Below, in pieces: positions 1 through 13,140 of a stretch of 64,000 bases of DNA. The first letter of the stretch is position 1; every line of letters starts with the position of its first letter. Source of the stretch: Balanoglossus misakiensis (Eukaryota > Animalia > Hemichordata); assembly GCA_040954595.2 (NCBI GenBank), contig CM082594.2, forward strand, positions 11,536,276-11,600,275, given 5' to 3'. Below the pieces are notes generated by a model. It had not been told where the DNA came from. It made no database searches and saw only the letters and a list, made by a program, of their open reading frames with translations. The position numbers and the translations under genes are program-made.

Positions 1-3000
1 TAGTTCATTTGCTCTAATGAACCCTTTGGCGTTTGGAGACCCGAAGCTCTCGATTTCTACGACCTGCCCTTCTTCGTTTCATTTTCTGCTTTGATGTCAA
101 CACAAAATCTCAATCATTAACAGAGGTTAAGTGGCCCGCACAGATCTCGAATCTAACCAAGGAGTTTTTCTTTGAAGTCCAGCTTTTGAAAAGGGCTACT
201 TTTTGTAGACTTAATTATGCTTTCTCAAGTGCTGTCTCCTCATCCTTCTGTTCTTCACCCGCCATTTTGAAACTTTTTTACCGTCTGTTACCCACTTTCT
301 CGCAAAAACTGACCATCGCCTCTGTTTTCTTCCTACTGGGATGAAACTGTGTTTTCTTGATTAAATGTTCACATGTATTCATGATGATGCATTTCCACTT
401 AAGATTGAAGTACTTAATTTTGACTATTATTCACTACAAGTCGCCTGATAGCGCCCACGCGCGCTCCAGGAGTTTCAAGTTAACTAGATATTGTCACGCA
501 TCTTGTTCTGCAGCTGAACTCTTTCGGTTAAGAGGCCCCTGTGAATAAGTAAAAGCCTGATAAATATCTTGGTCTTTTTTTCCGTCTGGCATCATCATGT
601 TAAGATTATTTTGTCCCTTTAATCAAACAAAGACAAGCACGGGCAAGTTGCTGATTGTGGGGATGCATTTGTTTTCTCGACAGACTTTGTAACTATGTCT
701 CCCAAAAGAAAGCAATAAAATACAGCCTGCTCTCGCGTTAACGTCAATGCCAACATAATCAGTCGCGACAGAATTCCTCCAGAATTCAGGGTTGTACGTG
801 GCCCACCTCTGTCCATCAATACAAAGTAACACCCTCCCTCTGCTTCTACGACTGTCCGTAACAGAAACTCGGATTGTCAATTTTCGTAACATTTTAACAC
901 GTTTCCTTTCCTCCTCTTTTTAACCCCTGAAGGTGTATGGGTCTGGCACCCCCTGGCAGCGCCTACCCGCTGGGTTCACCCTACCCGGGGGCCTTTTGTG
1001 GAGCCTGCTACTACAAACCAACAACGACAATATCAACAACGATGGCACACAGCGGCGTACCCCACCCTTACCCGTTGGTGTAATGATATTCGTTGATGTG
1101 ACTGTGTGTGTTTCTGTGGAACAAAGAAGATATGCCGTTGTTCTACGGAAACAATTGACGCATTGTTTAACTCCGCGTTGACAATGAGGGCCACCAGGCA
1201 ACCCAACCACGAACAATGTACAACGAAAAAAAAGAAGATATTGATCCGTGACATATATTTATCCGTTCTGTAAATTTCCCTTCAGACTTTGTATAAAATC
1301 AACTATTTTTTCAGTGTTTTGAGTGAGTTTCCGTTTCTTTTCAATATTGATTATCTGTTTTGTTTACAAGTGGAAATGGACGACACCACTTATCCATGAC
1401 GATGTCATCAGAGTTTTTTATTCATGGCAGAAAGAAAGACAACAATTTGGAAAGACAACTCGTTTTTTTTCATCAAAGTGGTTTAAAGAAATGTAAAAAC
1501 TATTTATTGTTATTTATAGTAATTAAATTATGACCGTTCTTGAAATTAGAGTGTGATGGTGGGTTTGATTTTTTTGTCGGTGAAACGTTTAACACACGTA
1601 TCAATAACAGGGGTGGTGAGAGACGTATTTTTAGAATGAGTGTCGACTTGGTGTCCGCATTATGCACGCATGGCTAGGCCTATTCACCACCACGCTTAAC
1701 ACACAGTCGGTTTACAAAGGGCGGCCTTGCTGGGACGGGCAGAAATACAGCGAGATGGGTAAAAGCCGCTGGCGAGAACGGTATCCAATCGCCCGGCCGT
1801 GTGCTTAAGTGTCATACATGCAAAAACAGACGAAAAAAAATCTTAATTTGTCGTCATCTCGGAAATGCCAAAATAAGAAGATGGAGAGGCGCGCTGCGGG
1901 CCCCGCCAACGAGTCGCGGAATATTTAATGGAGGACTGGATCGCTTGCTGTGTGCAAACGACGAGCACGGGAAATAGACAGGTGGTTACCGGGCCGACTC
2001 TTGAAATAAAAAGCCTCGCCACTGTTTAACCTCCTAAACGTTCTACATTAACATGTAGGTTTTCTAAACGACCGACGACGGGTATGTGCAGCGACGTAAT
2101 TTCCGGTGTAAAATTATCCATGTTATTTCTGTACTGAAGTTTTTTTTTCTCTGGACACTGTCATCAATTGCTTAAAGATACGTAAATTGTAATTTCACAA
2201 GCTGACATGTTTACGCGATTCACTTTCGACAATGTTCACAATTTTCCAAATTTCCTTGCCTCCAGAACCAGCTCTAAACACATGGATTATATCCGAGGTC
2301 AGGGTGTACAAGTTCAGGACACCGACGGTTTTCCTGATGTCACGTGTAAGACGTGATTTCTTGGAAGGTCACCGGTGAGACAATTAGATCAAACAACTCG
2401 TAGACCAAGCGAATCAATCCAAATGATGAACTACGACTAATGAAACAGTCACGTACCTTGAAACAATTCTTCTTTCGATGAGAGAGTTGTACAGCAAGAA
2501 ATAAATATGGACGGATATATTGAGGCCCCTGACACAGTCGTTAGAAAGGTGACTTCCTGTTTAGGTAGAAGACGAGAGGACAGGTTACGAGAGTGCATTA
2601 AAACAAAAATGAATTGTTTCAGGAAATGTCTTGCCAATATTTGGCAAGAAAAAACTCATCAAGTTTCAATGAGAAATTCACCGATCGACAACGCTGGCAA
2701 CGCGTGCTTGTAAAGGGTGGGGGAGTAGTGGAATTTGCAGTACGCGCGGTTGCCATGGCCATGTGCTCCAAGAAAACAAAAAGAATTCCGTTTCAACTAC
2801 TTAATAAACTACCAGGCGAGTGAACAGCTTCTGTACTTTCCTCCATGAGTGCCATCGCTGTAAAGCACCGTAACTCAGTGACTAAAAACTCCAATTACAA
2901 AAATTATTATTTCCAAAGTTTCAATTACCATGAGAGGTTATAATCAACTGCAAATGGATGAACCAATTTATTGTTATGACTCTCGAACATTTAACAAACA

Positions 3001-4841
3001 AGATTAAACCACTGTTGTTCAATTTATCCACACACTGTGTACATAATCGTTTGCCTCGTCCATGTCAATACATTCAGATGACATTCTAATATTAGCATAC
3101 TATTTTCCACCGTGAATTTGTCAACGGTAAACTCTCAATGGAAAAAGTCAATATCATTACACACACATAAAATTCTACTACTTATCGGCTTAAATCACCC
3201 CCAACACCTGCCCCGGGCCTCGCTTCGTAATCATTTTTCCGCTGTCGGATCTATCAATTTTGTAATTTTATAGAAATTTGAAGTTTTACTGTTCCGAGAC
3301 CGGCGTCAGGGCGACTCCGTGGCTTGTTGTATACTCGTTTGTATGGACGATTCCATGTTCTGTGACTTGCTTCTGTTCCGAGTGGTTGAAATTGACATAT
3401 ACAAACACGTGAGATGATGGAGAAGACAGAACCATTAGCAATAGACAATTTGCCTGAGAGGAAGTGCCCTATGCTCATAGTAATATTCATTTTGTTTGTG
3501 TACTCGGCGCAGGCAGGCCATAAATACTGTAGAAATTGTCATGAAATTGTGTGATTGAATAAAGTTCCTGAATTCGATATGTGGGCTTTTGTTCTCATTC
3601 CGGAAGTGTACAGACGGAGGGAAATTGCCTGACACTCGTATTTCTCTTTGTCGAGGAAATTCACACGTGTTTGCCGATTGAGAAGATGCGAATGACTGTC
3701 ATATGTACCGGTGTGCCGCTGAGCACACAGCCGAACGACAAAATCACGCTTGTCCAAAGTGAGCGCAAATTTGTCGATTTTTTTGGCCCTCCAAAATTTT
3801 GCGCCTACAATGAAATTACATATTCGTGAAATAACGTGAAATTTTAAGGCAACTTTCTGGTGATCGAGCCGGTTGCCCCAACCGTGGCTAATGTAAGCTA
3901 GCGGATATGGGTTGTTCCCGCCATACAATGCAAACATCTGCAGCGGATACGGACCAGGTTATTACGAACCATAAATTATTCAAAGGAAGAAATCTCGACA
4001 GAATAGATGCAATATGAAATGAAAGCCAAGATATCGACTTTACATGTTGTCAGCCAAAGCAGTGTTTTTGTTCCTCGACACAACACAGCAACTGGTTACA
4101 AAAACACAATCGTATGCTTTCACAATTATCAATTTCTCGGACACGTGATCAGAGCTTCCGGTTTCGATTTCTGTAGTCGCCATTGGCACCCGGCGATGCG
4201 TCTCCTCTTTGTCTCTGCAGCTCATCTCCATAGAAATAAAACAAATATATAGATGTACGGTTTGTTTCGATTTCATCTTTCCCCCCTCTGCTCGTACCTT
4301 GAGTCGATATCACTGGTTATTACGCGTTTTAAATATTCCAATTTAACACGGTAACCGTCAACTTCCAGGTCTTGATTCCAGAGATGCAAAGTTGTTCATA
4401 CCATATACACCACAATCACAAACCTTTCGGGACAACTCCCAACCTTGACCGAATCAAAAACCATGGCATTGAACCCTTTGAAACAACATTATGTTTGATG
4501 CGGCCTACTTTATCTCCCTCTGCGATCTGACGACAATCAATCAGCAAAACTGGTAACAAAAGTTGTGGTTCGAAGGTCGTGTGTACGAACCACAACAAAA
4601 GAGGAGTAGGCAGCCACAGGTCGTAAACTTGGCGTTCACACTCGCGCGGAAATTGCACTTGTAAGTGAATTTACTTTCTGAATTATCAATGCAAGCAGTT
4701 AATATTTAACAACAAAGCACCGATGATGTTAATAATTGAATTGATCGTCCGAAGGGACAATCTTTTAAACCAAAGGTTCTTTTAACAAACTTTCTCTCAT
4801 TTTTGCATGGCGTATCATTTAAAAGATCGCCGTCAATTTTC

Positions 4842-4863
4842 GGGGGGGGGGGGTGGAGGGGGG
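4842..4863 (+). repeat. G-rich tract (G12 plus GGAGGGGGG)
   Basis: Directly visible. Confidence 0.8.
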
Positions 4864-5247
4864 AGATATGATTCAGACTTTTACATACCCGATTCTATAG
4901 CTTCTGAGCTTCTGTGGTCGTATCGAATGCCGGGAGCTAGAAACATAATCAGAACAATTTATTGTATTGTTAGTCTATGCATATAGAACTAATACTGACA
5001 AAAACGGGGAAAATAAAGCATAAATAGGATCACAACTGTCAACTATAGAAGTGACAGGCTTGACCTGGCTATTAAATCATGTTTTTATTATCACATCACT
5101 TTTCAACACTTTTCAACATTTTTGAATCACCATTTTCCCGGAAATGAATATGAAAGGAGGTCATGCGTCATCATGATCAACAAAAATGTGATCAGTCTTG
5201 TAAAACATGCGAGGAAGGAAATTCAATTTCAATGAGTCGGCGCTCAC

Positions 5248-5348
5248 CTGTCTTGGTGCAATGTAAATACGGATATGCCCTTTGACCTCTCGGCTGTCTT
5301 CTGCCACTACATCAGCCAATAAAGTATTTATTTTCTGAGACAGGACAC
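5248..5348 (-). other. Candidate internal exon (~100 nt), function unknown
   Basis: Acceptor tctcttttttacttactcgacag and donor CAG|GTGAGC; one open frame VLSQKINTLLADVVAEDSREVKGHIRIYIAPRQ, no family recognised. Confidence 0.3.
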
Positions 5349-8300
5349 TGTCGAGTAAGTAAAAAAGAGATTCGCTTACATTATTTTGGAAATCGTAACA
5401 GTGAGTTTCTATCTCAAAATCAAACAAAACGACAAAGTTTGATGTGTGATAAGTTGAATTACTTGATAAAAGATAGTATTCTGTCGCATTTGAAATCAAG
5501 AACAATTGCAAGAGTAAAACAAATAGCCCGCAAGAGAAAATACGCCTGGCACACGTACAAGAATCACGTGATCTGTTCGTCAGTTCACGAACAGAAAGGA
5601 AATTACATATGAACTTCAAATAAAAGCAAAAGTGATTTTTCCTTTTCACGTGTCGAACAAATCATAAAATTAAGTCGCTAACGTTGTTGGATGGGTTGGA
5701 GCCAATTTGCGTACGCTTGAGCGCGCCTCCCAGGGGACTGACACGCGCAGATGACGCTTGTTTTCGGTGCGCCGCGTGTTGTTTTGACATTGACGAGGGC
5801 CTTCGCAGCGGGCGACGGAACGAAATCTCGTGTCGGGACTGAAACTCGAATATCTCTATCAGCGGGAGACCTCAATCCTCGGTCGGTCCCGGTTTTTGCC
5901 ACTTTCCCTCTCCCGTGAACACAATGAAGACGCAAAAGGGTAAAAAAAATCGATGCCTGCCCAGGGCGGAGATGATTAAACAGAAGAGAGACAGCGACTG
6001 TTGAGAGAACTGAATTAAGCACACATTTTCTCTTCTGTCAAAATTCCCATAGCAACAAACTCGATTAACTGTTTTAGTGATTTACATGAAGATGAATTTC
6101 ATTTTCATTATTAATTTAGAAAGTAAATGAAAATACAAATATTTATGAAAGTTTAAGCAAGTTTTCCAAATAATACTGTATTAAAACATACGTTTATATT
6201 ACACACTCAACGGTGAGTTAAAGTATTCGAAAACAGCTGGGGAAAATCTATTTGTATTCAGCTTCGAGTGTGCTGAAGGTTTTGCTTAAATATACAACTA
6301 TTCTAGTCCTTTTCATCTCAATACTGTTAGCTTTTGTGAGCGACGGTTCAAGTCAACTCAACAGCGGTGCTTGATCAACCGAACTCAAGAACATTTCTTT
6401 CATCGCAGACTAAATTTTTTTCGCTACAAGTGTTTGATGGCCGAGTGGCATCGCAACCAAAATGCGGAACATTAATCAAAATCAATTGATGATTGTGTTT
6501 GGGGGTATATATAAGAATTATATTAATTAATGTCACTAATACATTGCACTAATTAATTGGAGTAAAATAGAAGCGATCCCGAAATCATCAGCGATTTATT
6601 GAAGATAAACGAATTCCAATATTTTGCCTTGAAAATCACTGTTTCAAACGCCGCCTCAATTGACACAACACCAAAAACATTTCTGTCGTCTATCACTTCT
6701 CCGCCCAAAACACGCCAACGACAAGGGAAAGGCGCCAAGTCTCGGAATAAAAATGAAATTCTCATTTTCGCCGTAAATTTTTAGTGAAATTGAATCAAAA
6801 TTACAACGCCAATAGTAGCATTAATCGGCAGATATAAGTAGTTGATTTACACGGCAGTGGACGATTTATTTTTACACCAGTTAACAACGGCAGAAGTTAA
6901 AATCGATACAGACTCATAATTGTAAAAGTCTTTTGGATTCCCTAATAAGTCGCTAATGGTATCCACTAGTCGAGTCAAGGCATGGCGGCACCTGGCCAGT
7001 TCACACGTACGACACGATAAAACACTAAGAGGCCAGAAACCGACCTCCTAGCCATATTCTCAATTTTCGGATTTTCTTTTCCAAATTGGGACCCGTCAGC
7101 TGTGGTCGAACCACGATATGCATTTTCTGCTAATTGGACTGGAGTGTCACTACTTAATACCGTTGTCGGTTCCAATCTTGATTTTCCGTTCGTGTCTCTC
7201 GTAAGATCCTGAATGGCAGCCATGATTGTTGAGGCACGTTATAAGTGCCTTTAGTTTATTGATTGTACATAAATTGTGTTCAACTCCTCGTTTTTCACGA
7301 TTCTTTGTTACCGCCCAGTATTTCAGATTTCCAATTTCTACGTGATGTGTGACATTGTCCTATCCCTCAGAATTCTTAACTTCAAGTTTCTTTTATATTT
7401 TGACTTTAATTGTCTGTAATTACACAATTGGTTTACATATATCCTTTGGCGTTGTCTTTCGTTCGAGCGCTCCTTCTTTCATAGACACGTGTTTAATTCT
7501 TTTCGCAAAATGTCTGACCACTCGTCCTCTTTCTGTTGACGACATCACTAGACGTGCCTTTCTTTACTTTTCCGCGCACAGTCAAACCGATCCATTTAAC
7601 GGGTAACAGGTACGGCTACCGTGTCTACACTTTCGGATGCTATGGTAGTTGCACGCCTTTCATTTTGTAGGATGGGATGGGGGTCACGGTTCACAGACAC
7701 GACTTTCTGTTGCAAACGCTTTTGTATAGATTTGATGAATAAATGCGACTTTTCTCACCACCCAGGAACTTACAAAAGAAAGTGGTATTGATTTGTTGGG
7801 TTCAATACTCCGCCACCCTTTGTCTTCTTCACATATACTGTGATATTCGATCTAATTTGTTTTATCAGACTGATGGAAGTTGAAGTCAAACGTTTCGCTT
7901 GAACCATTTCCGCTTTTTGTATTCGAACAGATCAAAACTGCGCTGGGTAATTTGCATTTGGTCACTCAAGTGAGATGGACACTGCCCTCTAGTGATGGCA
8001 ATGATCATACGTCGGAACATCATGACCAGCGACATGAACATGTACATGTGAATCACGGTTTGGTATATCAACGAGGGACTTATTTTCATATATGCTGCTA
8101 TTTTCAATATCATGCGAAAATGGTTTCCTTATCTAGCAATGTATGAGTTGTTCATAAGGAGCCGAACAAACTGTAGTTTCCGGAACTAGAGATACGGAAA
8201 GAAAATTCCCACCTGTAATTTCATGTGAATTTTGCCATTTGGTTAAACCCCTTAGTTGTACGAGTTGGGGTAATTCGTGTCATACTTTGGCCCCTGGCAA

Positions 8301-9375
8301 GCTCTTGTGATTTCTCTGATAATTACCCGTCCTTCGCCTCATAGACGCGGAGCCCAGTCTCTTCTACATTTTGTGTGTTATTCTAAGTTTTATAATAGTT
8401 TACAACTGTTCTTTTCAGAAAATTCCACATGACGGGAACAGAGATGAATTAGTTCGGTATTTTATGATCTGCAAGTCTGCGCGATATTCTTGTTTTTTTA
8501 ACGACAAAACATGCTTCCGGAAATATATCGATTCTACGAAGGAGCGACTTTCAATCGTGATATGAATCTACTGCACATGCGCCGAGACGGCAAAGTGTCC
8601 CTGTTGGAGTGTTACCAGATGAACAATGTTATCCTCTTTGAAATGGAGATGAGGAGAACGATATGTCGCTATAGATATAAAACTAGTTTATCGTAGTCTT
8701 AATTAACTCGTATTGAAAAGTTCTCAGTGTACCGCGGGTTGCAGTTTGGCGGCGACTAGAGCCCTGTGTTTCCAGAGGGTTTCCGATTAATGGAAATTGC
8801 CACCTTCTAATAAGCGGCGCGTCGCAACGAATCTGCTATCTAATGATCATCGACGGAGAAATATTCAAAGACGAGATACTGATCTATACCGTATAATGAT
8901 GTCAATGATGCGACAGTCAATGTGACGTCACCAAGCGTCGATAAGGATACATCCGGGTGACGTTTTAACAAGATGGATACTAAAGTTAACTGTAATGTCC
9001 GCAGGCGGGTTTCTTAAAGTGTGTGATGACGGAGTGCGCGCGCCAGTACGCGCATGTGTATAGCCGTCACCGTGCACCTGTCATGCCGTCGTCCGACTGT
9101 GCACACGCGCAATGGGCGCTGCATTGATTGTCGCGTCTCTGAACTAGGCACGGGCGCGGGGTTGAGATCCCTTTGGCACACACTCAACATAGCGAGAACT
9201 TGAAAGGACACCCATCTAATATCTACACGTAGACATACCTTGTGCTAGCATGTGTGTTTGTCTAGAGTGAGCTAGTACATTTCAAAACATCAGAACGTGT
9301 TGTTACACCATAGGCCTATGGAAAAAAACCCTCGATGATCTCGCGGCATAACGCATACACGAAAAATGACCTCAC

Positions 9376-9530
9376 CTTTAGTCCCGCCTAACTGATATGT
9401 TCAACTTCACATAAACTTTGTAGTTTGGCTATTGATACACTCTTCAAGTACTTGTACGACACTCGGTAACAGCTCGACGACGAGGTTGACCTGTCTGCCA
9501 TTTTGACGACCGGAACTGAACGTAACCCTG
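9376..9530 (-). other. Candidate first exon / promoter of a minus-strand transcript heading toward the window start
   Basis: AAAATGGCAG motif at ~9501, CCGGAA ETS-like site, strong donor AAG|GTGAGG at 9376/9375; the frame from this ATG has a TAG before the donor. Confidence 0.3.
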
Positions 9531-9803
9531 TGACGTAAGAAGCTATGAATTCTGGGATAATCACGACTGGTTTCGTCACCAAATGTTTATTGTTTATTTA
9601 CACATTTTCTGAGAAAGTAGTCATGTACTAATATACATAATTCAGCTGATTGATTATTCGTGTAAAGAAATGTAATATAGTTTTGTAATGTTAAAAAAGA
9701 ATGGACAGAAAATATAAATGGAAAAATGGCAATGTGAAATAAAATTACTAATTAGTAGGAGCTTCAAAGTGAGAACTGTGCCAATGGTTCAATGGTCTGA
9801 ACA

Positions 9804-10820
9804 TTAGTTTTCGAGCTCAAACTTAGGTTCAACGCAACGCGTGTCAGTCAACATTTTAGAAAGTACTGACCACAAAAATCGGTGTCTGTGATAATAGACA
9901 TGGTGCAGTTTGAACAAAAAGCGAAGCATGCACTTTTCTTCCAGCGTTTGAAAATGATAGTGCTCAAAACGATAAAATCTTCCATCCCCCGTCAATTTTA
10001 CTCCAAGTTTCTGCAAGCACATACCGACAACCACATCCTCCCAGTTTAAAAAGGTAAAAGATGGCGCCAACTCTTGAACTTTGGTGGCGATGTCACGTGA
10101 CAGCACGTACCCGGTCCCGACCAGAAAAGGTGGGTATTTGTCGTTTAGATAGTCACTTTTCGAAGTGTACCATTTGCTCAAGTCATCTCGAATTGCCGAC
10201 GAGTCGCTGAAAATTTGTCCCATTGCTAGGTTTTTACTGGGCCGCATGCGTAGATCTTTCACTAGGGCGTGATAATTAATAAACACGTCGTCATCCGTCT
10301 TGAGAACATATGCAGCGTTATCGCAAAACTCCGTCACCCACTGAAAACCTAGCAAAGTTTTCAGAGTCAGATTCAAGTAACTTTCCTGAAAATCAAACAT
10401 AATTATATCTCCATAACGACCGCTCTCTTCTCTAATACTGCGCGTCATCTGCGCGTCGTCGCTTTTCGCCAGCAAGAACAACGTCACCACGCCCTCTCCG
10501 TCAACTTCTGTCACTGATGCCCACGTTTGCCTGATGGCGCCTCTCGCCCAGAAATTCTTATTCGTACTAGTTATCAAACTGACCAGCGACACGTTTTTGT
10601 CCTTGCAAGCTGTCCGTTCGTTTATCAGATAGTCATATTCCACAAGGCTGACATTCTTACCAGAGAGGAAATTTCTGTTACTGTAGAGAGGGAACCGGGC
10701 TCGCATCTGATCAACCAGGACAGGATTGGCCAAGACCACCCCATTGGAATAAAGTAAATACATCACAATATTGAGGAAGCCGACAACTGAGGTCACGAGG
10801 ACACACTTCTCTATTTCCAT
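9804..10820 (-). CDS. GT31 beta-1,3-galactosyltransferase-like protein, paralogue 1 (338 aa, single coding exon)
   Basis: N-terminal signal-anchor TM; motifs R.AIRQTW, FLL, ESYLNLTLKT, KTDDDVF (DxD), SKWY, YPPF..GTGYVLS, WEDV.VG.C; acceptor tttgctatcag just upstream (exon starts ~10901). Confidence 0.93.
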   Translation of the reverse strand: MEIEKCVLVTSVVGFLNIVMYLLYSNGVVLANPVLVDQMRARFPLYSNRNFLSGKNVSLVEYDYLINERTACKDKNVSLVSLITSTNKNFWARGAIRQTWASVTEVDGEGVVTLFLLAKSDDAQMTRSIREESGRYGDIIMFDFQESYLNLTLKTLLGFQWVTEFCDNAAYVLKTDDDVFINYHALVKDLRMRPSKNLAMGQIFSDSSAIRDDLSKWYTSKSDYLNDKYPPFLVGTGYVLSRDIATKVQELAPSFTFLNWEDVVVGMCLQKLGVKLTGDGRFYRFEHYHFQTLEEKCMLRFLFKLHHVYYHRHRFLWSVLSKMLTDTRCVEPKFELEN

Positions 10821-12108
10821 TGTACTTTGGGTTTGATGGCTGGAAAATCGCCTGGAAGAAATCGGAAACAGAATTTATTGGTTCACTTAAGTGGGCACAC
10901 CCTGATAGCAAACAAATTAATAACATGAAAAAAATGAATAATAAGAAAATAGAACTTATATAACAGTCATGAATAACAATAGGTCGTTCCACCAGGTCTG
11001 CTCTCACTCAGTGAACCACCAGATATGTTGTTTAAGAATGAAAACATTGCACTCGACAAGATTAACCCGAAACGTGTTTGTTTCTTTCAGTAGTCATCAG
11101 ACGTCATAGGAATCACGTGATGGACGTGCGTGTATTGCAGAGGTCATGACACAATCTATCCCACAATTCTCTTCACTGGCATAAACGAATAACAAATTCG
11201 TAGTAAAGATCGTCTGGTAATTAGACAAGTTACTTACCCGAATTGAAAAAAATGACCAGAATTCCAGGCCACGAGAGACGATAGTTTGTGTTACTTGGCG
11301 AACTACACCGTGTGCGACATGATCGGGTCAGACAGGAATGAACCAGTCAGTGAAATGAACAACATCGTTAATCATCTGTAAGAACAGTTAGAAATTTTAT
11401 AATCTTTAACCTATCTCCTTCGTGAATGAATAACTACTATGTGATATCTCTATTTATTCAGTGACCTTTCCGTGGGCTTAAGTAAAGAAGCGAATGTATT
11501 TTTGTCTGTTGCAACACTATAAGTTTGCGTCGTGTATCTCCAATGAAATTGACTTGATCTAGTGACGTCTCGCGTCTCGTGGTCTGGCATATCTAGAATT
11601 CTTGTTTGTACTTAAATGCAGTTCCAGCAGTTAACCTTCCATTGTCCGGTAACTTAATGCTGCACTACCAGAAAAGAGGTTACAAGCCGTACATAGTATC
11701 TGTAGCAATGACGATGACACATACAAAGCAGTACATGATGAGTGCGGTGTACTTTATTGTGGGCTATAGGTTGGGCTACAGCTACGACTACTCTGCAGGG
11801 AAGAATCTCCCCCTTGGCCTCCCAGACTGCAGACAGACTGTGTGAATGTCAGAACAGTTTGACACATGGTGTCTGGACATAGTTGTCAAATGCTTCGAAG
11901 ACTGTCTGTCCTAGTTTACATATAAAACAGGTGGGTCAGACAAAACCATGAACTTTACCCGACAGGATCATTGTCCTTCGTCAACAACAACAACTGCTGA
12001 CGTAAACAACAGGGCTAGGCTTGACCTGTCACATAGTGAAGCATAGCATCAACATTGCATTTCAAAGCCAAATTTTATAAGTATTAAACGCAATTCCTCT
12101 CTGCCCAG

Positions 12109-13140
12109 TCATGTTTGTGGTATGATCACGCCCTCACAAGGGTATCGTCTTGGAAAACGCCTTCGCAATAAAATGACTTTCCACAATTCTCGCTGTCTCT
12201 GGTAATTAACATTGTGTGATGTAAAAGTATAATCTAGCAAACACTTGTCCTTTTCAAAATAAAAATTATAGCGATTAAAATGGTCAAATCTGTTGTCATT
12301 TATAAGCCTCACTCCCAGTTTTTGCAAACATATGCCTACAAAGACGTCCTCCCAGTTTAAATACATTAAAGACGTTGCAACTTTTCCTATTTTCTCCACT
12401 AAGTCACGTGATAGCACGTATCCGGTTCCCACCAAATATGGCGGATATGTCGAGTTTCGATAGTCGTTCTCCGAGGTGTACCATTTGACGAAATGATCTC
12501 GTGTCACCGTGATGTTGTTCAACATTTGCCCAAGAGCGAGATTTTCTGTCGGTCGTTTCTTCAGATCTCGTATCAGAGCTCTGTAGTTGACGAAGACGTC
12601 ATCGTCCGTCTTCAGAACGTACGAGACATTCCGACAATTCTCCGAAACCCACCGAATACCAAGCAGGGTCTTCAAAGTCAAGTTCAAGTAATTTTCTGTA
12701 AAATCGCCAATAATCAAATCGCGGTGTGTTTTGCTCTCAGCCTCAAGACTCTCTTTCAACTCTCTGTTCGTTGCCCCGGCAACAAGAAACACTGTGACGA
12801 TACCCTTCCCCTCGACCTCCCAGTCCGATGCCCAAGTTTCACGGATAGCGCGCCGCTGTGGGGAATTGGCGTTGCTACTGGTTACCAAGACAACTAGAAA
12901 GATGTCTCGCGTGTCACACGACTTCTTGTCTCCAAGGTGATGGTAGATTTGAATTGTTTCGATATTTACGGGTTTGTTGGACAGATAATTGACATTGGAG
13001 AAGTAATGTTGATGTGCTCGTCCGACCGTTCCGTGAACTTGAACCCGTCCGCTGTATGTGACCAAAATAACCACAAACGCCACGTTGAAAGTCACCACGA
13101 CTAAAAGGGTGAATACTATTTTAAGTATATCTGTAGCCAT
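12109..13140 (-). CDS. GT31 beta-1,3-galactosyltransferase-like protein, paralogue 2 (343 aa)
   Basis: TM anchor; RRAIRETW, ENYLNLTLKT, KTDDDVF, KWY, YPPYLVGTGYVLS, WEDVFVG; acceptor cattttcgttttcag (exon starts ~13199). Confidence 0.93.
   Translation of the reverse strand: MATDILKIVFTLLVVVTFNVAFVVILVTYSGRVQVHGTVGRAHQHYFSNVNYLSNKPVNIETIQIYHHLGDKKSCDTRDIFLVVLVTSSNANSPQRRAIRETWASDWEVEGKGIVTVFLVAGATNRELKESLEAESKTHRDLIIGDFTENYLNLTLKTLLGIRWVSENCRNVSYVLKTDDDVFVNYRALIRDLKKRPTENLALGQMLNNITVTRDHFVKWYTSENDYRNSTYPPYLVGTGYVLSRDLVEKIGKVATSLMYLNWEDVFVGICLQKLGVRLINDNRFDHFNRYNFYFEKDKCLLDYTFTSHNVNYQRQRELWKVILLRRRFPRRYPCEGVIIPQT

Noticed and set aside
3539-3937. 132-aa ORF, and similar 100-160-aa ORFs at 5161-5649, 23536-23928 and 42660-43088
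   Set aside because: No recognisable domain or consistent exon structure; lengths are compatible with chance.
8419-8456. Plus-strand mini-exon-like KIPHDGNRDELVR resembling the second half of a SAP motif
   Set aside because: Too short, and on the opposite strand to the SAP-like fragment at 9376-9501; probably coincidence.
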